DNA of 64,000 bases from Alphaproteobacteria bacterium (GTDB taxonomy: Bacteria; Pseudomonadota; Alphaproteobacteria; Dongiales; Dongiaceae), in NCBI GenBank assembly GCA_036724615.1, contig DAIMFL010000003.1, forward strand, positions 3,149-67,148, given 5' to 3'. Made by a program: the position numbers and the translations under genes. Below are positions 1-7,648 of this stretch, one piece after another. Each line of letters opens with the position of its first letter. Position 1 is the first letter of the stretch. Under the pieces are notes generated by a model. It searched no databases. It was given only the letters and a program-made list of their open reading frames with translations, and was not told the origin of the DNA.

Positions 1-567
1 GAATGTGACGAGCGCGGCAATGGCGGCGCGATAGGTGGCGTCGGGCACCCGCCCCATGGCTTCCGTCGCCAGGGCGACACCGTCCGGATCGGCGGACGGG
101 CCGATCACCTCGCGCACGATGTCCGGGGCCAGATCCGCCATGGTGCCGCCGGCATCGAGCGGGCCGAGCCGCGCGGCCAGGAATTTCTGCTGGAACGCGC
201 CGTCCGGGCTGCCGAAGGCGGGGCTGGTGCCGGAGAGGACGAGTGCCGCCAGGCGGTCCTGATGCTCGGCGGCGAAGTCCTGAGCGACCATTCCGCCCAT
301 GCTGTGGCCGACGAGGACGACGCGGTCGACTGCGAGATGGTCGAGCAGGCGAAGCAGCGCCTGGCGCAGCGCCGGCCAGTCGAAACGCGCCGGCATCGGG
401 CTGTCGCCGTATCCCGGCGCGTCCCAGGCGATCGCCCGGTACCCGCGACGGACGAGGTGGTCGATCTGCCGGCGCCAGAGCTCCTTGCCCCCGCCGACGC
501 CGTGCAGGAACAGCACGGCGCGGGGAGAGCGGCCGCTTTCGATCCAGCCGGGCAGGAGAGCGCTCAC
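1..567 (-). CDS. alpha/beta-fold hydrolase (N-terminal 189 codons; C-terminus lies beyond window start)
   Basis: Not in the ORF track because it runs off the window. Reverse translation from GTG (567-565) gives VSALLPGWIESGRSPRAVLFLHGVGGGKELW...VDRVVLVGHSMGGMVAQDF. This includes the HG oxyanion motif and the G-H-S-M-G nucleophile elbow. GTGA start/stop overlap with the upstream gene that ends at 564. Confidence 0.7.
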   Translation of the reverse strand, partial: MSALLPGWIESGRSPRAVLFLHGVGGGKELWRRQIDHLVRRGYRAIAWDAPGYGDSPMPARFDWPALRQALLRLLDHLAVDRVVLVGHSMGGMVAQDFAAEHQDRLAALVLSGTSPAFGSPDGAFQQKFLAARLGPLDAGGTMADLAPDIVREVIGPSADPDGVALATEAMGRVPDATYRAAIAALVTF

Positions 568-1649
568 GCGAGATCGCCGACGAGGCGCCCGTCCTCCACG
601 ACCGCGGCGCCGTCGAGCGTCACCGTGCAGCCGCGCATCGGCAGGTCGAAATGGCCGAGCGTGTGGCGGCCCGCCGTCTCGTTCGCGCCGGTGGAGTAGA
701 GGAAGTTGCCGGCGAAAGCGCGCTGCTCCGTCCCGTTCACGTCGGCCTTGTCGTAGAGCACCAGGGATTCCCAGCGCGCCGCCGGGTTCATGCCCCAGCC
801 GACATGGGAGACCGCATAGGCGTCCCGGTCCCGCCAGGCCTCGAAATAGGCGCGCATCAGCTCGGCATCGAGCCCCTCGCCGTCGATCCGGGTGACGTAG
901 TCGTCCTCGACGGCGAGGCGGATCGGCGCCTCGAGATAACGCTTGAAGGTCAGGTTGAGGTCGCCCGGCGCGAGCACCAGCCGGCCGTTCACCGCGCCGC
1001 TGCGCGGGAAGCAGAGGCAGAGCCCGCCCGGCCAATGGCTCACCGTGCCGGGCCTGGCCGTGTAGCCCCAGCCGCCGACCACCAGGGCGCCCGCAACGGC
1101 GATCGTGAGGTCGGTGCCGGCCGGCGAGGTCACGCGCATGGCCGAGGCCTGCTTCAGCCGCCGCATGCCCTGGCGCACCTTCGGCTCGAGCGCCGGATCG
1201 GGGACGAGCCGCTCCAGGACCTCCGGATGCTCGTTTGACACCATGAGCACGCGCGATCCGCCTTTCAGGATCGCGGGCAGCTCCGGCGCGTGCAGCAGCC
1301 CTTCCACCGTGCAGTCGACGACGAGCGTCGAGGCGGCGAGGGCGCCGATCACCGGCCCCAGGTTCTGCAGCGCGTTCGATGCGCCCGTCGAGCGCACGGG
1401 CACCGGGGCGCTCTGGGGCGGCGTCGGAACCACCAGGCGGAACGGCCGGGCCTTCAGCCGCAGCAGGGCGAGCTCCGCCAGCGCCACGTTGATCGCCCGC
1501 GACTGGCTTTCCGACAGCACGGCCACGACGTCGCCCGGGCGGAGTTCGCAGAGCGCGAAGACGCGCGCGAAGGCGTCGACCCAGCGTTCCTCGATCCGCT
1601 CCTGCAGCACGCGCGCCTCCCCTGTCCGGGAACATACATGAAAAATCAT
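564..1649 (-). CDS. NicX-like 2,5-dihydroxypyridine 5,6-dioxygenase / aminopeptidase-T (M29)-fold family protein
   Basis: ORF 564..1772, trimmed to the MIFHV start at 1649. The C-terminal stretch SHVGWGMNPAARW...AFAGNFLYSTGANETAGRHTLGHFDLPMRGCTVTLDG matches my recollection of Pseudomonas NicX (SHIGWGLQPRAQW...FYGNFLFSTGPN...CHLDIPLRNC). Substrate not inferable. Confidence 0.6.
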   Translation of the reverse strand: MIFHVCSRTGEARVLQERIEERWVDAFARVFALCELRPGDVVAVLSESQSRAINVALAELALLRLKARPFRLVVPTPPQSAPVPVRSTGASNALQNLGPVIGALAASTLVVDCTVEGLLHAPELPAILKGGSRVLMVSNEHPEVLERLVPDPALEPKVRQGMRRLKQASAMRVTSPAGTDLTIAVAGALVVGGWGYTARPGTVSHWPGGLCLCFPRSGAVNGRLVLAPGDLNLTFKRYLEAPIRLAVEDDYVTRIDGEGLDAELMRAYFEAWRDRDAYAVSHVGWGMNPAARWESLVLYDKADVNGTEQRAFAGNFLYSTGANETAGRHTLGHFDLPMRGCTVTLDGAAVVEDGRLVGDLA

Positions 1650-1653
1650 GTAT
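1634..1653. promoter_or_regulatory. perfect AT-rich palindrome ATACATGA-AAAA-TCATGTAT in the divergent NicX-like/MarR promoter region (candidate MarR operator)
   Basis: 8-bp perfect inverted arms with a 4-bp spacer, read directly. It overlaps the NicX-like start codon and lies 47 bp upstream of the MarR ATG. It is strikingly AT-rich for this genome. Confidence 0.45.
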
Positions 1654-1699
1654 TCTGGAAGCCGTCTGGCAGGGCAGCGTAGTACGGGCAGGGCGGCGC

Positions 1700-2173
1700 A
1701 TGAACAGAGGAACGCGGGAACAGCCCGGCCAAGGACGGTTCGTCGACGATTACCTGGCCTATCTCCTGGCACGGGCGAGCTTCGAGATCTCCAGCCAGTT
1801 CCACGCCGAGGTGCGGGCGAGCGGCCTCGGCGTCCCGGAATGGCGGGTGCTGGCCAGCCTGAGCGGCGGGGAGGGGCTTCCGGTGGGCGAGCTCGCCGCG
1901 CTGGTCCTGGCGCAGCAGCCCACCGTGACCAAGCTCGTCGACCGGATGGCGGAGGCGGGGCTGGTCCGCCGGGACCGCTCCGCCCGGGACCGGCGCCAGC
2001 GGCTGGTCCGCATCACCCCGGAAGGCCGGCGGCGGGTCCGGGGCCTTCTCGCCCGGGCCAGACGGCACGAGGCCATGGTCCTGGCCTCGCTCAGCCCCGC
2101 CGATGCGGCCGCCCTGAAGGATATTCTGCGGCGCCTGATCGGGACCTCGACAGCCCGCGTCGCCGAACGTTGA
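1700..2173 (+). CDS. MarR family transcriptional regulator
   Basis: 157 aa. Winged-helix core LPVGELAALVLAQQPTVTKLVDRMAEAGLVRRDRSARDRRQRLVRITPEGRR is typical of MarR. Divergent from the NicX-like gene. Confidence 0.85.
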   Translation: MNRGTREQPGQGRFVDDYLAYLLARASFEISSQFHAEVRASGLGVPEWRVLASLSGGEGLPVGELAALVLAQQPTVTKLVDRMAEAGLVRRDRSARDRRQRLVRITPEGRRRVRGLLARARRHEAMVLASLSPADAAALKDILRRLIGTSTARVAER

Positions 2174-2183
2174 TGAAGGTCAA
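2170..2183. promoter_or_regulatory. FNR/FixK-type box TTGAT-GAAG-GTCAA upstream of hemN
   Basis: Matches TTGA-N6-TCAA (9/10 to TTGAT-N4-ATCAA). Overlaps the MarR stop codon. The box centre is 41.5 bp upstream of the hemN ATG. Confidence 0.5.
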
Positions 2184-2217
2184 AGAACCCCGACGCGAGT
2201 GCCGGTAACTGGAGGGC

Positions 2218-3600
2218 ATGTCGTCCCGTCCTGCGGAGATCCGCCCCGTCACGCCCGGGCACCACGCCGCCGCGTTCGAGCGGCGCGTGCCGCGCTACAC
2301 GAGCTATCCGACCGCGCCGCAGTTCCACCGGGGCGTCGACCGCGGCCTGTACCGGGACTGGCTCGCCGCGCTGCCGGCGGAGATGCGCACGTCGCTCTAC
2401 CTCCACATTCCGTTCTGCGACAGCATGTGCTGGTTCTGCGGGTGCCACACCAAGATCGTGCGGCGCTACGAGCCGGTGGCGGCCTATCTCGAGAACCTGC
2501 TCGCCGAAATCGAGCTGGTCGCCGAGGCCGTGGGCCGGCCCCAGCCGGCAAGCCACATCCACTGGGGCGGCGGCACCCCGACCATGCTGTCCGCGCCGGA
2601 CACGTTGCGCCTGACCGAGCGTCTGCGCGAGCGGTTCGCGATCGAGGCGGACGCGGAGTTCGCCGTCGAGATCGACCCGCGCGACCTCCCGGCCGAGACC
2701 GTCACGGCGCTGGGGCGGGCCGGGGTGAACCGGGCGAGCCTGGGCGTCCAGGACGTCAATCCGGACGTCCAGGCGGCGATCAACCGCATCCAGCCGATCG
2801 AGGTGACGCGGCTTGCCGTCGACCGGCTGCGCGCGGCGGGCGTGACCGCGATCAACATCGACATCATGTACGGGCTGCCGCATCAGACCGAGCGGCACAT
2901 CCAGACCACGATCGACGCCGTCCTGACCGTGGCCCCCGAACGGCTGTCGCTGTTCGGCTATGCGCATCTGCCGAACTTCAAGACGCATCAGAGGATGATC
3001 GACGAGGCGGCGCTGCCGGGCCCCGAGGCGCGCTGGCGGCAGTTCCTGTCCGCGGCCCAGCGCCTCCAGGCCGAAGGCTATGTCTGGATCGGGCTCGACC
3101 ATTTCGCCCGGCCGGACGATCCGCTGGCCCTGGCGGAGGCGGCCGGGCATCTGCGCCGGAACTTCCAGGGCTACACGACCGACCGGGCCTCGGCGCTGAT
3201 CGGGCTCGGCGCATCGGCCATCGGGCAGCTGCCGCAGGGCTATGTCCAGAATGCCGTGCCGTTCCATGCCTATCGGGATGCGGTCGCCGGCGGCCGCCTC
3301 GCCGTGACGCGCGGCTTCGCGCTGGACGACGAGGACCGCCTGCGGCGCCACGTCATCGAGCGGCTGATGTGCGACCTTCAGGTCGACCTGGCCGCGGCCT
3401 GCCGGCAATTCGGCCGGACGGAGGATCATTTCGCCGCCGAGCTGGACATCTTGTCGGGCATGGGCCAAGACGGCATGGTGGAGGTCGCGGGGACGACGCT
3501 GCGCATTCCGGCTGCCGCCCGCCCGCTGATGCGTGTGGTGGCAGCGGTGTTCGACGCCTATCTGCCGCGCTCCACCGCCATCCACGCCCGAGCCGTCTGA
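2218..3600 (+). CDS. hemN: oxygen-independent coproporphyrinogen III oxidase (radical SAM)
   Basis: 460 aa. Has RYTSYPTAPQF, the radical-SAM CxxxCxxC motif (LYLHIPFCDSMCWFCGCHT) and the HWGGGTP motif. GGAGGG SD 5 nt before the ATG. Confidence 0.95.
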   Translation: MSSRPAEIRPVTPGHHAAAFERRVPRYTSYPTAPQFHRGVDRGLYRDWLAALPAEMRTSLYLHIPFCDSMCWFCGCHTKIVRRYEPVAAYLENLLAEIELVAEAVGRPQPASHIHWGGGTPTMLSAPDTLRLTERLRERFAIEADAEFAVEIDPRDLPAETVTALGRAGVNRASLGVQDVNPDVQAAINRIQPIEVTRLAVDRLRAAGVTAINIDIMYGLPHQTERHIQTTIDAVLTVAPERLSLFGYAHLPNFKTHQRMIDEAALPGPEARWRQFLSAAQRLQAEGYVWIGLDHFARPDDPLALAEAAGHLRRNFQGYTTDRASALIGLGASAIGQLPQGYVQNAVPFHAYRDAVAGGRLAVTRGFALDDEDRLRRHVIERLMCDLQVDLAAACRQFGRTEDHFAAELDILSGMGQDGMVEVAGTTLRIPAAARPLMRVVAAVFDAYLPRSTAIHARAV

Positions 3601-3618
3601 GGCCAGCCCTGCCGCGGC

Positions 3619-3632
3619 TTGACGGCGGTCAA
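3619..3632. promoter_or_regulatory. FNR/FixK-type box TTGAC-GGCG-GTCAA upstream of the hemerythrin gene
   Basis: Perfectly palindromic TTGAC/GTCAA arms. The centre is 63.5 bp upstream of the ATG at 3689. A class-II spacing would leave a ~22-nt leader containing the GAGGAG SD. Confidence 0.5.
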
Positions 3633-3688
3633 GGGCAGGGCCGCCCGGATCCAGGCATTCTTCCGGACCGCCCGGCGAGGAGCCTGAG

Positions 3689-4246
3689 ATGTCCGAGCCC
3701 GTCGCACCCGCAAGGTTCAGCCTCGAGCCGATCCCGGAGAATCTGTTCCGGGAGCCGGTCGATTTCCTCTATGCCGATCACTACCGCCAGCGCGAGCTCT
3801 GCGACCTGATGGAGGCGAAGCTCTGCCGCGACGCGCGCACGGCGGTGAGCGAGACGGCGGCCCTGGTCCTCGACTTCATCGAGCGCGACCTGCCGCTCCA
3901 CATCGCCGACGAGGAGCGCGAGCTGTTCCCGCTCCTCCGCCTGCGCTGCCGGGCCGAGGACGGCTTCGACGCGCTGCTCGCGATGCTCCAGGACGAGCAC
4001 AACAAGGACGATGCGCTCGCCGAGGAGCTCTGCACCGGCTTGCGCCATCTCGCCGCCGGGCGGCGGCTCACCGACGCGGTGGCGTTCCGGCAGCACGTGT
4101 CTGCGTTCACCGAGGCGCTGCGGCGGCATCTCTCCTGGGAGAACGAGGTGCTGCTGCCGCTCGCGCGCAGACGGCTCACCGCAGCCGACAAGCTGCTGAT
4201 CGGCCGCAGCATGGCGGCGCGGCGGGGGATCGAGTTTCCGGAGTGA
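3689..4246 (+). CDS. hemerythrin (HHE cation-binding) domain protein
   Basis: 185 aa with spaced H/E ligand motifs (DHYRQRE, DEERELFPLL, LQDEHNKDD, RRHLSWENEVLLPL). Sits between hemN and the FixK-like regulator. Confidence 0.75.
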   Translation: MSEPVAPARFSLEPIPENLFREPVDFLYADHYRQRELCDLMEAKLCRDARTAVSETAALVLDFIERDLPLHIADEERELFPLLRLRCRAEDGFDALLAMLQDEHNKDDALAEELCTGLRHLAAGRRLTDAVAFRQHVSAFTEALRRHLSWENEVLLPLARRRLTAADKLLIGRSMAARRGIEFPE

Positions 4247-4264
4247 GGCCCGCAGCGGGGCCGG

Positions 4265-4990
4265 TCAGCGCCGCCGGCCGGCGGCCAGTGCGCGCAGCGC
4301 AGCCACGTCCTTGATCTGCAGCTCGCTGCCGCGGGTTTCCACGCCGACGCCGCGCAGCTTGGCCAGGGAGCGGGACAGCGTCTCCGGCTGCATGCCGAGG
4401 CGCCCGGCGATCAGCGCCTTGTCGAGCGGCAGACGAACCACGGCCGATCCGCCGGTCCTGTCGCAGAGATGCAGCAGGAAGATCGCCAGCCGCTCCGTCG
4501 TCGAGCGCACCGTCAGATGCTCGACCTGCGAAACGAGGCGACGCAGGTGACGCGACATCGAGGCCAGGATGTTGAACAGGTAATCGGGGTGCTGCCCGAT
4601 CCGCCGCATGAAGGACTCGGCCGGAACGACCAGCAGCCGGGAATCGTCCACCGTCATGGCGCTCACCGGAAAGACGCCCTGGTCGAACATGGCCGCCTCG
4701 GCGAAGGTCTCGGCGCGGCTCAGGACGGCGATGATGCTCTCCTGGCCCTCCTCAGTCTGGCGGAACAGTTTCACCCAGCCGTCGAAGATGGCGTAGAAGC
4801 GCGTCGCCTCCTCGTCCTCGAGGAACAGGATCCGGTTGCGGGGAAAGCGCTGGACCCAGGCGTCGGCGAGCAGGCTTTCCACCACCGGCCGCGACAGGCC
4901 GCTGAAGAGCGGCAGGCGGAGAAGCAGATCGTAATCGGCAGGGGTGATTCCGGTCCGCCGCTCGAATCGGTCCGTGGCGATTTCGTTCAC
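4265..4990 (-). CDS. Crp/Fnr family transcriptional regulator, FixK-like (no N-terminal Cys cluster)
   Basis: 241 aa with a cNMP-binding-like fold. C-terminal HTH has the recognition helix ETLSRSLAKL (the E--SR motif of the FNR/FixK subfamily that reads TTGAT). No FNR-type CxxC...C cluster at the N-terminus. Confidence 0.88.
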   Translation of the reverse strand: MNEIATDRFERRTGITPADYDLLLRLPLFSGLSRPVVESLLADAWVQRFPRNRILFLEDEEATRFYAIFDGWVKLFRQTEEGQESIIAVLSRAETFAEAAMFDQGVFPVSAMTVDDSRLLVVPAESFMRRIGQHPDYLFNILASMSRHLRRLVSQVEHLTVRSTTERLAIFLLHLCDRTGGSAVVRLPLDKALIAGRLGMQPETLSRSLAKLRGVGVETRGSELQIKDVAALRALAAGRRR

Positions 4991-5196
4991 GGCAGGTTCT
5001 TCAGCAGGCGCCGGCCGGGCGCGTTCGGACGGTGGGGCGGCACCGCATGCGCATCATTCCGATCCCAAAAGAGGGAACCGCCGGGCGGCGACGCAGTTTG
5101 CACGCCGAGCCCGGACAGATCCTGCCCCGAAAGCGAAACCGGGGTCGCAGGCGGCATTTTATCGCGAGCGCGGTTGCATTGCGACGAAATCGTACC

Positions 5197-5210
5197 TTGA
5201 CGTAGATCAA
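5197..5210. promoter_or_regulatory. FNR/FixK-type box TTGAC-GTAG-ATCAA between the FixK-like gene and cytochrome c
   Basis: 9/10 match to TTGAT-N4-ATCAA. Lies 107-120 bp upstream of the cytochrome c start and ~207 bp upstream of the divergent regulator start. Confidence 0.6.
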
Positions 5211-5316
5211 TGCGGCTCGTCATTTTGCCCCGGAGCCCGCCGCGGCAGGGTCGAAACCGCTGATCGCGGAGCTTGCGTCTTGAAGGCGGGCCGGAACGAT
5301 TGAGGAGGACTGTATA

Positions 5317-5697
5317 GTGGTTAAGTACGTATTCTCGGCCATGGCGGCGGCCGGTCTCCTCGTCGCGGCAAGCGGCGCGGTGCTGGCCGATGGCGACGTC
5401 GAGGACGGCAAGAAGGTCTTCAACAAGTGCAAGGTCTGCCACACGCTCGAGGAGGGTCAGCACAAGATCGGCCCCAGCCTCGCGGGCGTGATCGGCCGGC
5501 CGGCCGGTACCGCCGAGGGGTTCAAGTACTCGGACGCCATGAAGGAGTCGGGCGTCGTCTGGGACGAGGCCTCGATCGACAAGTATCTCGCCGATCCGAA
5601 GGGCTTCATCCCCGGCAACAAGATGGCGTTCGCCGGTCTGAAGAAGGAAGAGGAACGGGCGAACGTGATCGCCTACATCGAGTCGGGCGGCGAGTAA
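5317..5697 (+). CDS. class I c-type cytochrome (cytochrome c2/c550-like), secreted
   Basis: 126 aa. GTG start preceded by GAGGAGGA. Signal peptide, CKVCH haem-binding motif and distal Met in GNKMAF. Confidence 0.9.
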   Translation: MVKYVFSAMAAAGLLVAASGAVLADGDVEDGKKVFNKCKVCHTLEEGQHKIGPSLAGVIGRPAGTAEGFKYSDAMKESGVVWDEASIDKYLADPKGFIPGNKMAFAGLKKEEERANVIAYIESGGE

Positions 5698-5705
5698 CCC
5701 GCCTG

Positions 5706-6731
5706 CTAAAGCACCAGTCGCATGGCGATCCGCGGTGACGTTTCGACGCCCGAGCGGTGCTCGGCATCGCGGATCGCCGCCAGCTCGGGGCGGTCCGGCC
5801 CGGGCCGCAGGGGAACGAATCCGAGCCTGGCATAGAACGGGCCGTTCATCGGAACATCGCGAAACGTGGTGAGGGTGAGCTCGGCATGGCCGGCGTTTCT
5901 CGCCCAGGCGGCGACGGCTGCGACGAGCCTGCGGCCGACGCCGCGGCGCGCATGCGCCCGCAGCACGTCGATCTCCGCCAGATGCGGCCGGCCGTCCACC
6001 AGCGACACTTCGGCGAATCCGACGATTTCGCCGCTGCCGTCCAGGGCGACCCAGACCCGTCCTGCCTCGATCGTCGCGCGATACTGCTCCGCCGTGGCCG
6101 GCGGCAGCTCCGCGACGGCAGTCATGCCGAACGCCCGGAAGGCCTCGGCGCCGTCGCGCTCGATTTCCGGCAGGCGGGACGCGTCTTCGGGCCGCGCCGG
6201 GCGGATGCGATAGCCGGTTGCTGCATCGTCGACTGCCAGCGCCCGGATCTGCCGCAGGATGAATTCCGCGATCGCGGCGGGATCGTTGAGATCCAGAACA
6301 GGCAGGTCGGTCACGGGGAGCGGCCCGTCCGTCGCGACCGCGATGACGTAGGGATCATCGGCGCAGATGAGCGGCTTGCCGACCGCCGGGCGGTGCACCT
6401 CGATCTTCGGATAGGGATGGCGCTTGAAGCCTTCGACGAGCAGCAGGTCGACCGGCGCCATCGCCTCGGCCAGGTCCTCCACCGCAGGCTCGGGCCCGTC
6501 CCGATGCTCGTGCAGCAGCGCCCAGCGCTCGGCGCCCACGACGGCAACCTCCGTCGCGCCGGCCATGGTCATGGTCCGGCTGACCGCGTCCGGGGCATCG
6601 ACCCGGACGCTGTGATGGGTGTGCTTGATCGTCGAGACCGACAGCCCTTCCGCCCGAAGCAGGGGGATGAGCCGCGTGACGAGCCGGGTCTTGCCGCTGC
6701 CGCTATAGCCGACGATGCCCAGAATCTTCAT
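5706..6731 (-). CDS. mobB: MobB (molybdopterin-guanine dinucleotide biosynthesis adapter) fused to a GNAT N-acetyltransferase domain
   Basis: ORF 5706..6764, trimmed to MKILGIVGYSGSGKTRLV (P-loop, MobB-like). The C-terminal ~160 aa (IRPARPEDA...IDVLRAHARRGVGRRLV...FYARLGF) show GNAT motif A. Confidence 0.8.
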   Translation of the reverse strand: MKILGIVGYSGSGKTRLVTRLIPLLRAEGLSVSTIKHTHHSVRVDAPDAVSRTMTMAGATEVAVVGAERWALLHEHRDGPEPAVEDLAEAMAPVDLLLVEGFKRHPYPKIEVHRPAVGKPLICADDPYVIAVATDGPLPVTDLPVLDLNDPAAIAEFILRQIRALAVDDAATGYRIRPARPEDASRLPEIERDGAEAFRAFGMTAVAELPPATAEQYRATIEAGRVWVALDGSGEIVGFAEVSLVDGRPHLAEIDVLRAHARRGVGRRLVAAVAAWARNAGHAELTLTTFRDVPMNGPFYARLGFVPLRPGPDRPELAAIRDAEHRSGVETSPRIAMRLVL

Positions 6732-6824
6732 GGAGAAGCCGAGGAAAGGTTGTCCTGAGCGCAAAACAATGACGCACGACGACCCTATTCGGCCGCTGCC
6801 GGGATTTCCAGTCGATCGGCCGGC

Positions 6825-7511
6825 TCACCGCAGCTCGATGCGATAGCGTGCCGGGTCGGCCGGATCGATCAGCACCGGGACCCGGTCGCCGATCGCATAG
6901 GCCTTGCGCGTCGCGGCCTCCACCGGCTCGCTTTCGAGCACCAGCCGGCGTCCTCCCGCCGGCGCCTCCGCCTCGACGATCAGGACGAAGCGCGGCGGAT
7001 CGGCACCCGCGGGCCCGGCAAGGTCGATCCGGGTGACCACGCCGCTGATCCGGGCGCCGCTGCGGCGAAGCTCCGCAGCATCCTGGGCGTCCGCGGCCCG
7101 CCAGAGGAGGAGACCGGCGGCGACCAGGGCCACGGGCACGGCGAAGGCCGCCAGCAGCGCCGGGGCCAGCCACAGCCCCCGGAACGACTCGATCCGCGCC
7201 GAGCCCGCCGGGTCGTTCGGCCGATAGCGGACCGGCACGGCGTCCCCGATGCGGTAGCGCGGCGGCGAGGCGGCCGGGCCGCCCACGAACTCCACGTCCT
7301 GGTCCTTCCCGGCGGCAAAGCGAACGATCGGCGTCAGCGGCTGGGCGTCGGCATGGGAGGCGGCTGCGGCGGCCGGACGCAGGGATACGACGAGTCCGCG
7401 AGCGCGGGCGGCGTGCGCCAGGAATTCCAGCCTGAGCAGGGCCAGAGCGCCGGCCGCGAGCAGCAGCAGGAGCGCAAGGACGGACAGCACGGTGATCGCG
7501 GCTTCGAGCAT
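6825..7511 (-). CDS. membrane protein with two DUF3592-like modules
   Basis: ORF 6825..7583, trimmed to MLEAAITVL. There are two TM helices. Each is followed by a module ending in IGDxVPVxYxPxDP (IGDAVPVRYRPNDP and IGDRVPVLIDPADP). Confidence 0.5.
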   Translation of the reverse strand: MLEAAITVLSVLALLLLLAAGALALLRLEFLAHAARARGLVVSLRPAAAAASHADAQPLTPIVRFAAGKDQDVEFVGGPAASPPRYRIGDAVPVRYRPNDPAGSARIESFRGLWLAPALLAAFAVPVALVAAGLLLWRAADAQDAAELRRSGARISGVVTRIDLAGPAGADPPRFVLIVEAEAPAGGRRLVLESEPVEAATRKAYAIGDRVPVLIDPADPARYRIELR

Positions 7512-7648
7512 CGGACGCGACGCCCCTACTGCGATCTGGCATGCTAATGTGACCAGCGCCGCACCGACAAGTGGCGGCGGCACGGACCTCGGGAGAAGCC
7601 CCTGGCCGGCGCTATTCGCCAGGCGTCATGGACGCCCGGCCGCTGCCC

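Noticed and set aside
1759-3585. 608-aa minus-strand ORF overlapping marR and hemN
   Set aside because: Antisense shadow. The + strand encodes an unmistakable HemN (radical SAM CxxxCxxC). The minus-frame product is Arg/Gly-rich with no motifs.
4987-5463. 158-aa and 69/74-aa minus-strand ORFs in the regulator/cytochrome c intergenic region
   Set aside because: They overlap the cytochrome c start and the predicted promoter and box region. They have no motifs or SD. The region is better explained as a regulatory spacer.
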